From Patescibacteria group bacterium (GTDB lineage: Bacteria > Patescibacteriota > Minisyncoccia > Phycocordibacterales > JAKAEA01): DNA of 64,000 nucleotides. The notes under the pieces were generated by a model that was given only the letters and a program-made list of their open reading frames with translations, did not search any database and was not told where the DNA came from. The position numbers were made by a program, and so were the translations under genes. The stretch is taken from assembly GCA_040387855.1 (NCBI GenBank), contig JAZKCY010000001.1, positions 445,857 through 509,856 of the forward strand, given 5' to 3'. This document shows positions 9,377-18,554 of this stretch, piece by piece (the first letter of the stretch is position 1; each line of letters begins with the position of its first letter).

Positions 9377-9997
9377 TTATTTCCGATTATTTAAAGCGTT
9401 TTTGATAGTATCTGAATCTGAGTATTCTAATTCTGTACCTGTTGAAATTCCTCGGCCTAAGTGTGAGATTTTAATAGAATGCTCAAGTGCTTGAGGTTTT
9501 AACAAATTTTCTAAGTAATCAATAGTATTTTCGCCTTCTGCAGTGGCATTCAATGCCATAATAACTTCTTTGAGCTCACCAGACTGGGCACGAGTTTCAT
9601 ACATACTTAAAAGTTCTCGTTGACGTATACGAGTTTCAGGATTTTTTTCAAGAATTGGTACTGCACCTCCTAATACAAAATAAAGACCTGAGAAAGATCG
9701 AGTTTTTTCTATATTCTCTAAATCCACATCTCGGCTCACGATCATAAGAATACTTCGGTCGCGTGAAGGACTGCAGCAAATATCACAGAGTGTTGCCGGA
9801 GTATGTTGATCTTGAAAAAATCTAAAGCACGAACTACAGATTCTTATATCTCTTTTTAAATCTACAATCATTCTACTCAACTGCTGCAGATATTCAGGAT
9901 TGCGGGTGAGGAGATGGTAGACAAAACGTCGAGCTTGGCGAGGACCAATCCCTGGGAAATCAGAAAAATACTCCGTGAGTTTCTGGATGCTGTTCAT
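9377..9997 (-). CDS. recR: Recombination protein RecR
   Basis: N-terminal HhH (PGIGPRQARRFVYHLL), C4 zinc finger (CSSC...C..C) and Toprim region. Confidence 0.9.
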   Translation of the reverse strand: MNSIQKLTEYFSDFPGIGPRQARRFVYHLLTRNPEYLQQLSRMIVDLKRDIRICSSCFRFFQDQHTPATLCDICCSPSRDRSILMIVSRDVDLENIEKTRSFSGLYFVLGGAVPILEKNPETRIRQRELLSMYETRAQSGELKEVIMALNATAEGENTIDYLENLLKPQALEHSIKISHLGRGISTGTELEYSDSDTIKNALNNRK

Positions 9998-10005
9998 AAT
10001 AGGAA

Positions 10006-11433
10006 TTAGAAATCATCATCACCACCACCGCTACCACCCACATCACCTCGATTTGATGCATCAATAGAAAGGAAGGTCGTCTTCTTATCATCGAAGTACA
10101 ATTCGATAAGACCTGTTGGACCGTTTCGATGCTTTTCAATAAGAATTTCGGCAATGTTTTGTCGAGCACCTTCAGCTTTGTTTTGCTTATCTTCTCGGTG
10201 AATAAACATAACCACGTCGGCGTCCTGTTCGATAGAACCTGAGTCTCGAAGGTCGGATAGTCGTGGACGTCCTCCTCGTTGTTCCACGGCTCGAGAAAGC
10301 TGTGAAAGGGCAATCACTGGTACTTCCATTTCTCGCGCCAGTTGCTTGAGCGATCGAGAAATTTCTGTAACCTGTTGCACCACGTTGTCGTTTTTGCCTG
10401 CATTTGTGGGAGCCATGAGCTGCAAGTAGTCCACAATAATCATACCCAAACCTTTATCGGCTTTGAGTCGTCGAGCAACAGATCGCATTTTCAAAATGTT
10501 GTTTGCAGGCTGGTCATCAATAAAGATTGGAGCTTTTGCCAATCGATCGATAGCACCTCGCATTGCTTCAAAGTCTTGTTCAACAATATTTTTACCGGTT
10601 CGGAGTTTCCAAGAGTCCACACGTGATTCTGCGGCAAGAAGACGGTCTACCAATTGTTGTGAACTCATTTCAAGAGAAAAAATACCTACGGGCACATTGT
10701 GCATCACAGCAGCTTGTCGAGCGATATCGAGGGCGAACGAAGTTTTACCCATAGATGGTCGAGCGGCGAGAATGATGAGATCTGATTTTTGGAATCCTGC
10801 GAGTTTGTTATCCAAATCTTTAAAGCCTGTTGGTACACCGCGCATTTCCTCAGTGTTTTTACTGAGCTTATCGAGTCGGTCCCAGGCTTCACTAAGTGTT
10901 TCATTAAGCTGGATAAACCGCTGAGAACTTGAGAAGTTGGTAACTTCAAAAATTTTCTTTTCAGCAGTATCAAGCATCTGCTCGATATCTATTGTTTCAT
11001 CGTATCCAAGACTAGAAATATCTTCAGCACTTTCAATGAGCTTTCTCATCAAATGCTTTTTCTGCACAATTTCAGCATAGTGCTTTACGTTTGATGCTGA
11101 TGGCACCATGTTTACAAGCTCGGTGAGAAATGTAGCTCCACCTACGTTATCCAACACACCTTGATCACGAAGAACTGCAGAAAGAGAAAGCAAGTCAATG
11201 GGAGTTGATTTCGTAAACAACTCATTCATGTGTTTGTACACAATGCGATGCTTTTGAGAATAGAATGAATCTTCTTTAATGAAGTCCAAAATTTCATGCA
11301 TCACATCAGGACGGAGCATGATAGAACCAAGGAGTGCCATTTCGGCGTCGATACTTTGTGGAGGGACTCGTAGATACGGAGTCTTCTTTTCTTCCTTAGG
11401 AGGATATTTACTAAATTTTTTGAATTCGGCCAT
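10006..11433 (-). CDS. dnaB: Replicative DNA helicase DnaB
   Basis: N-terminal DnaB domain (QSIDAEMALLGSIML) and a RecA-like C-domain with Walker A ARPSMGKTSFAL. Length 475 aa, so no intein. Confidence 0.9.
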   Translation of the reverse strand: MAEFKKFSKYPPKEEKKTPYLRVPPQSIDAEMALLGSIMLRPDVMHEILDFIKEDSFYSQKHRIVYKHMNELFTKSTPIDLLSLSAVLRDQGVLDNVGGATFLTELVNMVPSASNVKHYAEIVQKKHLMRKLIESAEDISSLGYDETIDIEQMLDTAEKKIFEVTNFSSSQRFIQLNETLSEAWDRLDKLSKNTEEMRGVPTGFKDLDNKLAGFQKSDLIILAARPSMGKTSFALDIARQAAVMHNVPVGIFSLEMSSQQLVDRLLAAESRVDSWKLRTGKNIVEQDFEAMRGAIDRLAKAPIFIDDQPANNILKMRSVARRLKADKGLGMIIVDYLQLMAPTNAGKNDNVVQQVTEISRSLKQLAREMEVPVIALSQLSRAVEQRGGRPRLSDLRDSGSIEQDADVVMFIHREDKQNKAEGARQNIAEILIEKHRNGPTGLIELYFDDKKTTFLSIDASNRGDVGGSGGGDDDF

Positions 11434-11515
11434 AAAGGCATTTTAACATACCCCAAAATTCATGTGCACTTGAAAAGTAGATAAGATGTGCTCAAGCTGG
11501 GGATTGCTCTGTATA

Positions 11516-12889
11516 TTAAGAATTAGGAAATACTTGCTGGCCTTTGTCAGTATCTTTTACAATAAATCCTAGCTCGGCAATCGCATTTCGAAGCTCATCT
11601 GATTTTGCAAAGTCTTTATTCTGTCGAGCTTGCGCACGTTCATCTACAAGTTTTTGTACTTCTTCTGGAATTTCTATTTCTATTTTCTTAATATTAGCAA
11701 AGCCTAATCCAAATACTTCATCAAATTTAAGTATAGTTATTTTTTTATCAGCAGGTGATACATGAGGGTCTTTAATAAAGAACCACATAAGTGCAATAGC
11801 TTTTGGTGTATCTAAATCATCATTTATGAGCTCAGTAAAGTTCTTTATATATTCAAGATGAATGATCCCACCATCGTCTGGAAGCTCTCTCATATGCTCT
11901 ACAAGCTTGCTGTACGCATTTTGTGCAGCTTCGAGTGCTTCCCATGTAAAGTTGACGGGAGTTCGGTAGTGAGCAGTAAGGAGCCAATAACGATAGGCTA
12001 GGGGGGATATACCTTTATCAACAATACTTTGGAGTCGCAAAAAGTTTCCTTGAGATTTTGCCATCTTGCCACCTTCTATATTTACGAATGCATTATGAAG
12101 CCACACATTTACGAAGTCATGACCTGATTCACATTCAGACTGTGCGATTTCATTATTATGATGAATAGTAGATAGATCTATTCCTCCAGTGTGAACATCA
12201 AAATGATCGCCTAAATATTTTTTAGACATTGCAGAACATTCAATATGCCATCCAGGAAATCCTTTACCCCAAACACTTTCATATCCTAATTCAGCATTAA
12301 ATTTCCAAAGAGCAAAATCTTTAAAGTTTTTCTTTTCAGAATTTGATTCAACTCTGGCATGACTATCATCAGTGCTGATACCTCCGAGCTTTCCATAATG
12401 AGGATCTTTTGAGGTATCAAAATAAACTCCGTCTGAAATTGTATAAGCAATGCCTTTTACTTCAAGATTTTTTATAAACTCTATGTCTTCAGCAATATGT
12501 TCACTTGCTTTAGGCATATGATGGGGAAGTTGTACATTGAGAGAAACTAAGTTTTCTTTGAATCGTTCTGTATAAAAGTCGGCAAGCTCTTTCATTGCTT
12601 CTAATGTGAGTGGTTTGCCTTCACGCTTTAAACCCTTAGTCATTTTGTCATCGCCATCGTCTCCATCGCCACTTAAGTGTCCTATATCAGTAATATTAAT
12701 AACTTGTGTTACAGCTAGTCCATTAAATTCAAATGTTCGTCGCAACATATCAGCAAGGAGAAAAGCTCGTAGGTTTCCAATGTGTACAAAATCGTAGACA
12801 GTAGGTCCACAGTTGTACATTCCTACTTTTCCGGCAGTAATGGGAATAAATTCTTCTTTTTTTCCAGTAAGGGTATTGGTGAGCTTCAT
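11516..12889 (-). CDS. cysS: Cysteinyl-tRNA synthetase
   Basis: CGPTVYDFVHIGNLRAF (HIGH-type), the WHIECS zinc motif and KMAKSQGN (KMSKS). Confidence 0.9.
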   Translation of the reverse strand: MKLTNTLTGKKEEFIPITAGKVGMYNCGPTVYDFVHIGNLRAFLLADMLRRTFEFNGLAVTQVINITDIGHLSGDGDDGDDKMTKGLKREGKPLTLEAMKELADFYTERFKENLVSLNVQLPHHMPKASEHIAEDIEFIKNLEVKGIAYTISDGVYFDTSKDPHYGKLGGISTDDSHARVESNSEKKNFKDFALWKFNAELGYESVWGKGFPGWHIECSAMSKKYLGDHFDVHTGGIDLSTIHHNNEIAQSECESGHDFVNVWLHNAFVNIEGGKMAKSQGNFLRLQSIVDKGISPLAYRYWLLTAHYRTPVNFTWEALEAAQNAYSKLVEHMRELPDDGGIIHLEYIKNFTELINDDLDTPKAIALMWFFIKDPHVSPADKKITILKFDEVFGLGFANIKKIEIEIPEEVQKLVDERAQARQNKDFAKSDELRNAIAELGFIVKDTDKGQQVFPNS

Positions 12890-12936
12890 ACCAGAATAAT
12901 ATCGCGATTATCTTTGGTTTACAAACATGGGGTTAT

Positions 12937-14205
12937 TTGAGATACTTTTCCCATATGTCATCTTTTGGAAAAAATCTTAGTAAAAATATATTAGTTGCAG
13001 TGCTAGGTGTTGGACTTATTGGAAGTGCTTTTGTAATTGGTGCTCGATATGGTGCAGTAAATAGTACCTTTGCTGGCACAAACGTTGCGCCAAATATTGT
13101 AAATAAGGATAGTGGTCAGCCTGAGAATGTTGACTTCTCATTGTTTTGGAGAGCATGGGATCACCTCAATGAAAAATTTGTGGAGACTCATGGCACAAGC
13201 AGCAAAGCTATAACAGATGAAGATAAAGTGTATGGAGCCATTAAAGGGCTAGCAGAATCTTTGGGCGATCCATACACCACGTTTTTTCCTCCACAAGAAA
13301 ACAAAGATTTTCAAGCTGAAATCAGTGGTAACTTTGAAGGTGTAGGAATGGAAGTAGGAACTCGAGATGATATTCTTACTGTTATTGCACCTCTTAAAAA
13401 CACTCCAGCCTTTAAAGCAGGGGTAAAAGCAGGAGATAAAATTCTTAAAATCGACAATACTGTTTCAACTAATATGAGTGCTGATGAAGCCGTAAGTCTT
13501 ATTAAAGGAAAGAAGGGAACTACGGTAACTCTTACATTGCTTGGAACAAATGATTCACAGCCACGAGAAGTAAAAATCGTTCGAGATCGAATTGAAATCC
13601 CAACGCTTGATACAGAGCTTCGATCAGATGGTATTTATGTAATTAAGCTCTATAGCTTTACAAGTAACTCAGCAAATCTCTTTAGAGGAGCTCTTGAGCA
13701 GTTTGTAAAATCTAAAAATAATAAGCTGATTATCGACCTTAGAGGAAATCCAGGAGGATATCTCGATGCTGCTATTGATATGGCAAGTTGGTTCTTACCT
13801 GCAGATAAAATTGTAGTACAAGAAGATAAGGGATCTAATTCAGAAAAGATAGTATATAAGAGTAAGGGATACAATATATTTAATAATAATCTTAAGGTTG
13901 TTGTTCTTGTAGATGGTGGTTCTGCATCAGCTTCGGAAATTCTCGCAGGTGCATTGCAAGAGAACGGGGTAGGAAAACTTGTAGGAACAAAGACCTTCGG
14001 AAAAGGTTCAGTGCAAGAGCTTGTTAACCTTAATCCTGATACATCATTAAAGATCACTATTGCTCGATGGCTTACTCCAAAAGGCAACACTATTTCAGAA
14101 CAAGGCCTTAAACCTGATGTAGAAGTGAAAGTAACAGATGCCGATATTGAGAAGAAAATAGATGCACAGCTCAATAAGGCGGTAGAATTGCTTTTAGCCA
14201 AATAA
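12937..14205 (+). CDS. ctpA: C-terminal processing peptidase (S41, Ctp/Prc) with PDZ domain
   Basis: PDZ region plus the S41 catalytic region GGSASASEILAGALQENG. Confidence 0.85.
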   Translation: MRYFSHMSSFGKNLSKNILVAVLGVGLIGSAFVIGARYGAVNSTFAGTNVAPNIVNKDSGQPENVDFSLFWRAWDHLNEKFVETHGTSSKAITDEDKVYGAIKGLAESLGDPYTTFFPPQENKDFQAEISGNFEGVGMEVGTRDDILTVIAPLKNTPAFKAGVKAGDKILKIDNTVSTNMSADEAVSLIKGKKGTTVTLTLLGTNDSQPREVKIVRDRIEIPTLDTELRSDGIYVIKLYSFTSNSANLFRGALEQFVKSKNNKLIIDLRGNPGGYLDAAIDMASWFLPADKIVVQEDKGSNSEKIVYKSKGYNIFNNNLKVVVLVDGGSASASEILAGALQENGVGKLVGTKTFGKGSVQELVNLNPDTSLKITIARWLTPKGNTISEQGLKPDVEVKVTDADIEKKIDAQLNKAVELLLAK

Positions 14206-14249
14206 TATTGTAGTATTCGGAAACAATCACATTATAACCAACGACACAC

Positions 14250-14693
14250 ATGAAAGTTATTCTTTTAAAAGATGTAAAGAAAGTAGGTAAAAAGTTTGAA
14301 GTAAAGGACGTTGCAGACGGCTATGCATTAAACTTTCTTATCCCTAATAAGATGGCTGAAGTTTCAAATCCTTCAAATACCAAGAAACTTGATAATTGGA
14401 AGACTTTGGATGCTGCAGAACGAAAGATCCAGGAAGATCTTCTTATGAAGAATCTTAAGGCTCTTGATGGTATTACTCTTGAAATCAAGGAGAATGCTAA
14501 TGAAAAGGGACATCTTTTTAAGGGAGTAAATAAAGAAGAGATTGTTGCAGAACTTAAGAAGCAAGGACATCTCGATATTCCTGCAGAATACATTGATATT
14601 GAAAAGCCATTCAAGGAAGTGGGAGAACACACTGTGGCTGTGAAGATCGGAGAGAAGTCAGCAAAGTTTAAGCTCGTGATCTCAGCTCAATAA
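14250..14693 (+). CDS. rplI: 50S ribosomal protein L9
   Basis: MKVILLKDVKKVGKKFEVKDVADGYALNFLIPNKMAE is the L9 N-domain signature. Confidence 0.9.
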   Translation: MKVILLKDVKKVGKKFEVKDVADGYALNFLIPNKMAEVSNPSNTKKLDNWKTLDAAERKIQEDLLMKNLKALDGITLEIKENANEKGHLFKGVNKEEIVAELKKQGHLDIPAEYIDIEKPFKEVGEHTVAVKIGEKSAKFKLVISAQ

Positions 14694-14714
14694 TCTAAAG
14701 CTAGAAATAAGCAA

Positions 14715-14750
14715 TAAAAAAACCTTCAGAATATTCTGAAGGTTTTTTTA
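14715..14750. terminator. Bidirectional rho-independent terminator between rplI (+) and rpmA (-)
   Basis: A-run, then ACCTTCAGAA-TATT-CTGAAGGT, then T-run. Confidence 0.7.
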
Positions 14751-14761
14751 TGATTTCTTTA

Positions 14762-15034
14762 TTACTTAACGTTTACAATCTTTCTAGTAGAAGTAGAACC
14801 GTCAAAGTTTTGCTTTCGCTTATTTTTGAATTCTACAACTCCGTCTTTAAGAGCGAAGATTGTGTGATCCTTACCCAATCCAACGTTCTTTCCTGGGATA
14901 ACTTCTGTACCACGCTGTCGGACAATGATATGTCCTACACCTACAGTTTCTAGATGGTTTGCCTTTACTCCAAGGTACTTTGGATTTGAATCGTTAAGGT
15001 TTTTGGCTGATCCGCCGGCTTTTTTGGTTGCCAT
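14762..15034 (-). CDS. rpmA: 50S ribosomal protein L27
   Basis: [24 protein letters not shown]...[28 protein letters not shown] is the L27 signature. Confidence 0.9.
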   Translation of the reverse strand: MATKKAGGSAKNLNDSNPKYLGVKANHLETVGVGHIIVRQRGTEVIPGKNVGLGKDHTIFALKDGVVEFKNKRKQNFDGSTSTRKIVNVK

Positions 15035-15069
15035 AGTTCGTAATTACTACCGTTTGTTGATAATTAAAT

Positions 15070-15474
15070 GTGGTCATGATTATACCTGATAGTCTAGAAA
15101 AACACAAGATTAGCCTTAAAACTCTTGTCTCTCAGGCTTTTTTACCAATCATAGCTGTGTTGCTTATATCAGGCACAATTGGTGCTTGGAAAGTGTATCA
15201 GATATACAAAAATAGGGAACAAATAACTATAGAATACCCAAAAAAAACTCAAGAACCTCAGAATAATGCTGAACTCGGTATGAAATATGTTACTTCTACG
15301 TCAACAATGAGTAGTATAGATAAAGGGTTGTTCGTTGCCTCGCGTGGTGGGAAAAGTTATTATAAACCTACATGCGCCGGTGCTAAAAAGTTGTCTGAAA
15401 AGAACAAAATTTGGTTTCAATCCAAGGAAGAAGCAGAACGTTTTGGATATAAGCTTGCAAAGAATTGCAAGTAG
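15070..15474 (+). CDS. Membrane-anchored protein with Ada-like zinc-binding domain (Ada_Zn_binding-like)
   Basis: C-terminus YYKPTCAGAKKLSEKNKIWFQSKEEAERFGYKLAKNC matches the Ada N-terminal metal-binding pattern (C..C...NV.FF.S..EA...G(F/Y)RPCKRC-like). One TM segment. Confidence 0.45.
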   Translation: MVMIIPDSLEKHKISLKTLVSQAFLPIIAVLLISGTIGAWKVYQIYKNREQITIEYPKKTQEPQNNAELGMKYVTSTSTMSSIDKGLFVASRGGKSYYKPTCAGAKKLSEKNKIWFQSKEEAERFGYKLAKNCK

Positions 15475-15486
15475 CAAAATAGTTAG

Positions 15487-15738
15487 ATGAAAAGAATTGC
15501 ACACAAAACAGCATTACATATAGGCGGATGGCTATTCATAGGAATTGGTCTTCTTGGCTTGATCCTCCCACTTATCCCGGGCTTTGTTTTTATTGCCTTA
15601 GGTGTTTATATTATCTCCTTTGCTTCTTTGTGGTTGTATACTAAAATTGATCATATCAAACTCAGGTATCCAAAAGTTGGTATTCATTTTGATAAAGTAG
15701 ATAAAGCTATAAGCCGGTTTATTAAGAAGGCCCACTAA
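15487..15738 (+). CDS. DUF454/YbaN-like small inner membrane protein
   Basis: GWLFIGIGLLGLILPLIPGFVFIALG is characteristic of YbaN. Confidence 0.5.
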   Translation: MKRIAHKTALHIGGWLFIGIGLLGLILPLIPGFVFIALGVYIISFASLWLYTKIDHIKLRYPKVGIHFDKVDKAISRFIKKAH

Positions 15739-15758
15739 TACTCAGATAGAGTTCCACA

Positions 15759-16037
15759 ATGAAACGACACCATCAGGTATACATTTACACATCTCACGAC
15801 TGCAAAATGTGTGAGCTCACTAAAAACTTTTTTAGAGACGCAGGTATAGAATTCATAGAAATAGACATAACTCACGATAAAAACGCCGAGATTAAAATGC
15901 TGGAAATTAGTAATCAGAACGATACTCCTGTTGTGGAAATCGACGGACGAGCTATTTCAGGCTATCATCCAGAAATCTATGAAACTATATTAAGTAGAGA
16001 TAGGGAAAGAGAAAAGGATAGAGATAAAAAAGACTAA
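15759..16037 (+). CDS. Glutaredoxin/NrdH-like redoxin
   Basis: CKMC (CxxC) near the N-terminus and thioredoxin-fold spacing (TPVVEIDGRAISGY). Confidence 0.6.
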   Translation: MKRHHQVYIYTSHDCKMCELTKNFFRDAGIEFIEIDITHDKNAEIKMLEISNQNDTPVVEIDGRAISGYHPEIYETILSRDREREKDRDKKD

Positions 16038-16040
16038 TAT

Positions 16041-17057
16041 ATGATCCAACCATTTTCACAGGGACTCGCTCAGGATATTTTAAAGGAAATACAGAAAACT
16101 CAGAATATAATAATGCATTGTCATCCAGGTCCCGATGCCGATAGCATGGGAAGCACTTTAGCAATGAAATTTGCTTTGCAGGCAATGGGAAAATCAGTCA
16201 CCCTAATTAAAGGTGATTCTGATCTTCCAAAATATTTATCGAGCTTACCTGGCTACGATTCAGTAGTTCTTAAAAATATATTTGAACTAGATCTTACACA
16301 ATTTGATCTTTATTTAATACTCGATACTGGAGGGATCAATCAGATTTCTAAGATTAAAAATGTAGAATTCCCAGAAAGTCTTCAAACTATAGTTATTGAT
16401 CACCATATCTCAAATAAAGGCTTTGCAAAGATTAATCTCGTAGATGCTACCTATCCTTCTACCTGTGAAATAGTGTTTGAACTATTTAAAGAATGGGGAA
16501 TAGAGATTACTCATGATATAGCACTATGCTTGTATGCCGGAATGTACTCAGATACTGGCGGATTTGTGTATCCCACAACATCGCCTCGCACTATGCACAT
16601 TGCAGCTGCTTTAGCTGATAAAGCTCCTGAGTTTAATAGTATGATTTTTACCATGATGAATAATAATACTCCAGGACGACTCCAAGCTCAGGGTCTACTG
16701 TATTCATCTATTGAAACCTGGTTCTCAAATTCAATTGCTGTATCATCACTAAGCTATGAAGATATCCAAAAGATAGATGCAAAGCCAGATGATATAGCAG
16801 GACTTGATGTTGCCAACAATTTGAAGTCTGTTGTGGGGTGGAATGTTGGGATTTCAATGATAGAAACCGAACCTGGTGTTGTAAAGATAAGCAGTAGAAG
16901 CAGAGATGGGGATGTGTGGGATGTTTCTAAGATTATGACTGCGATGGGAGGAGGGGGACACAAGGCTGCTGCTGGTGGACGAGTAGAAGGAACCATAGAA
17001 GAAGCCAAAACTAAGCTAAAAAGTGCAATTTTAGAGGTATATCCCGACCTAAAATAG
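16041..17057 (+). CDS. nrnA: DHH-DHHA1 phosphoesterase (NrnA-like bifunctional oligoribonuclease/pAp phosphatase)
   Basis: HCHPGPDADSMGS, DHH (VIDHHIS) and DHHA1 GGGH (GGGGHKAAAG). Confidence 0.75.
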   Translation: MIQPFSQGLAQDILKEIQKTQNIIMHCHPGPDADSMGSTLAMKFALQAMGKSVTLIKGDSDLPKYLSSLPGYDSVVLKNIFELDLTQFDLYLILDTGGINQISKIKNVEFPESLQTIVIDHHISNKGFAKINLVDATYPSTCEIVFELFKEWGIEITHDIALCLYAGMYSDTGGFVYPTTSPRTMHIAAALADKAPEFNSMIFTMMNNNTPGRLQAQGLLYSSIETWFSNSIAVSSLSYEDIQKIDAKPDDIAGLDVANNLKSVVGWNVGISMIETEPGVVKISSRSRDGDVWDVSKIMTAMGGGGHKAAAGGRVEGTIEEAKTKLKSAILEVYPDLK

Positions 17058-17196
17058 TGTTCTGTTTCGGAGCTCAAAAAACAGCTGAAAACGCTTAAAA
17101 ATACCTGATGAGCTTTTTGCTCAGTTTGCTCAAATAATATGGCTCTAAAAGGCCATTTTTTGATACATGTATACAACTAAAACATGCTCAAAATCC

Positions 17197-17224
17197 TTGA
17201 CTTTTTGGGTATATATGCTATACT
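17197..17224 (+). promoter_or_regulatory. Sigma-70-like promoter TTGACT-N16-TATACT
   Basis: Near-consensus -35 and -10, followed by a ~190-nt untranslated leader before the 17415 ORF. Confidence 0.55.
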
Positions 17225-17414
17225 AGTATCAAATCAGACATTAGTTCTGGTTTTTTAATTTATTGGTTTTTGGTTCTAGATCGGTACTTAAGTGAGATTC
17301 TGTCGGAGTCTCATGTACTATCTAAGATCAACTATCAGTAACACCATTCGGTTCCCAAGGTTATATGGTGTCTAGTAACTAAAAAACAGGCTTATTTTAA
17401 ATTTAACTGCTAGT

Positions 17415-17855
17415 TTGGCAATTCTTCTTTCTTCAGTCACTGGAGTGAACGGTACAGCAATTGCTACCAATGCCGTTGAAAACACTCCTATCGTTGAAGC
17501 AGCATCTGCTCAGATTCTTTCACAAAAGAATTCACAGAGTAAGTCAGCTGCAGCAACTACTTCTGTTGAAACATACGTTCGAGCATACTTTGAAGAGACA
17601 CCTATTCTCGCCGAAGTTGCACGATGTGAATCTCGATTTCGACAGCATGGTAAGGACGGAGAAGTATTACGAGGAATGATGGTTGATGATGACCTAGGTG
17701 TTATGCAAATCAACGATTACTTCCACGGAAAGACTGCAGACAAACTTGGTCTCGATCTCCACACTCTTGAAGGTAACCTAGCATATGCTAAGTATCTTTA
17801 TGAGAAGCAAGGACTCCAGCCATGGTCAGCATCTGCTCCATGTTGGGATAAGTAA
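17415..17855 (+). CDS. Secreted transglycosylase-like (Rpf/SLT-like) domain protein; start uncertain
   Basis: ARCESRFRQHG...GVMQIN...WSASAPCW resembles the lysozyme-like transglycosylase CES...GL.QI pattern. Paralogous to 24431..25021. The ORF track starts it at a TTG. Confidence 0.45.
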   Translation: MAILLSSVTGVNGTAIATNAVENTPIVEAASAQILSQKNSQSKSAAATTSVETYVRAYFEETPILAEVARCESRFRQHGKDGEVLRGMMVDDDLGVMQINDYFHGKTADKLGLDLHTLEGNLAYAKYLYEKQGLQPWSASAPCWDK

Positions 17856-17876
17856 TCATTCTTGATTACTCAAACA

Positions 17877-17912
17877 AAACCCCGTACTCGAAAGAGTGCG
17901 GGGTTTTGTGTT
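17877..17912 (+). terminator. Rho-independent terminator
   Basis: AAAACCCCGTACTC-GAAA-GAGTGCGGGGTTTT followed by a T-run. Confidence 0.75.
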
Positions 17913-17938
17913 GTCAGATTTTGTAGTACTCTTATTTC

Positions 17939-18397
17939 ATGAACTACTGGATCCTAAAATCAGAAGCCGATTGCTACTCAATCGATGACATGCAGAAAGA
18001 CAAGAAAACTGCATGGGTAGGTATTCGCAATTATCAGGCTCGGAATTTTATGCGCGATAGTATGAAGATAGGGGATTTATGTCTCTTCTATCATTCAAGC
18101 TCTGAGCCTACTGGGGTATTCGGTGTAGTAAAAGTGGTAAGCAAGCCTCATCCTGATGAAACCCAATTTGATCCTAAAGACGATCATTATGATCCAAAAT
18201 CCACACTAGAAAAGCATCAGTGGCAATGTGTAGACGTGCAGTTTGTCTCAAAGTTTAAGAATCCAATAAGCCTTTCTGAGATAAAGATCCGACCAGAACT
18301 AGAGGGCATAGCTCTAGCTCAACGGGGTAGTAGATTGTCGGTAATGCCACTTTCTGAAGCTCATTTTAAGGTCATTGAAAAGCTCGGAACTAAGTGA
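17939..18397 (+). CDS. EVE (PUA-like) domain protein
   Basis: YWILKSEADCYSIDDMQKDKKTAWVGIRNYQARNFMRDSMKIGDLCLFYHSS...QFDPKDDHYDPKS matches the EVE/DUF55 signature almost end to end. Confidence 0.8.
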   Translation: MNYWILKSEADCYSIDDMQKDKKTAWVGIRNYQARNFMRDSMKIGDLCLFYHSSSEPTGVFGVVKVVSKPHPDETQFDPKDDHYDPKSTLEKHQWQCVDVQFVSKFKNPISLSEIKIRPELEGIALAQRGSRLSVMPLSEAHFKVIEKLGTK

Positions 18398-18554
18398 ATT
18401 ATGAAGAAACGAGCGCTAGCATTATAGTGGCTTAATGTAAGCTTAATCTATTCTTTAAGAGATCTTTATACCTTATCTATTTAAATATGGCTGGGCCTGT
18501 AATTTATGGCCGACTTATGCGTCATTTATTCTGTTATACACTAACAGCATATAC

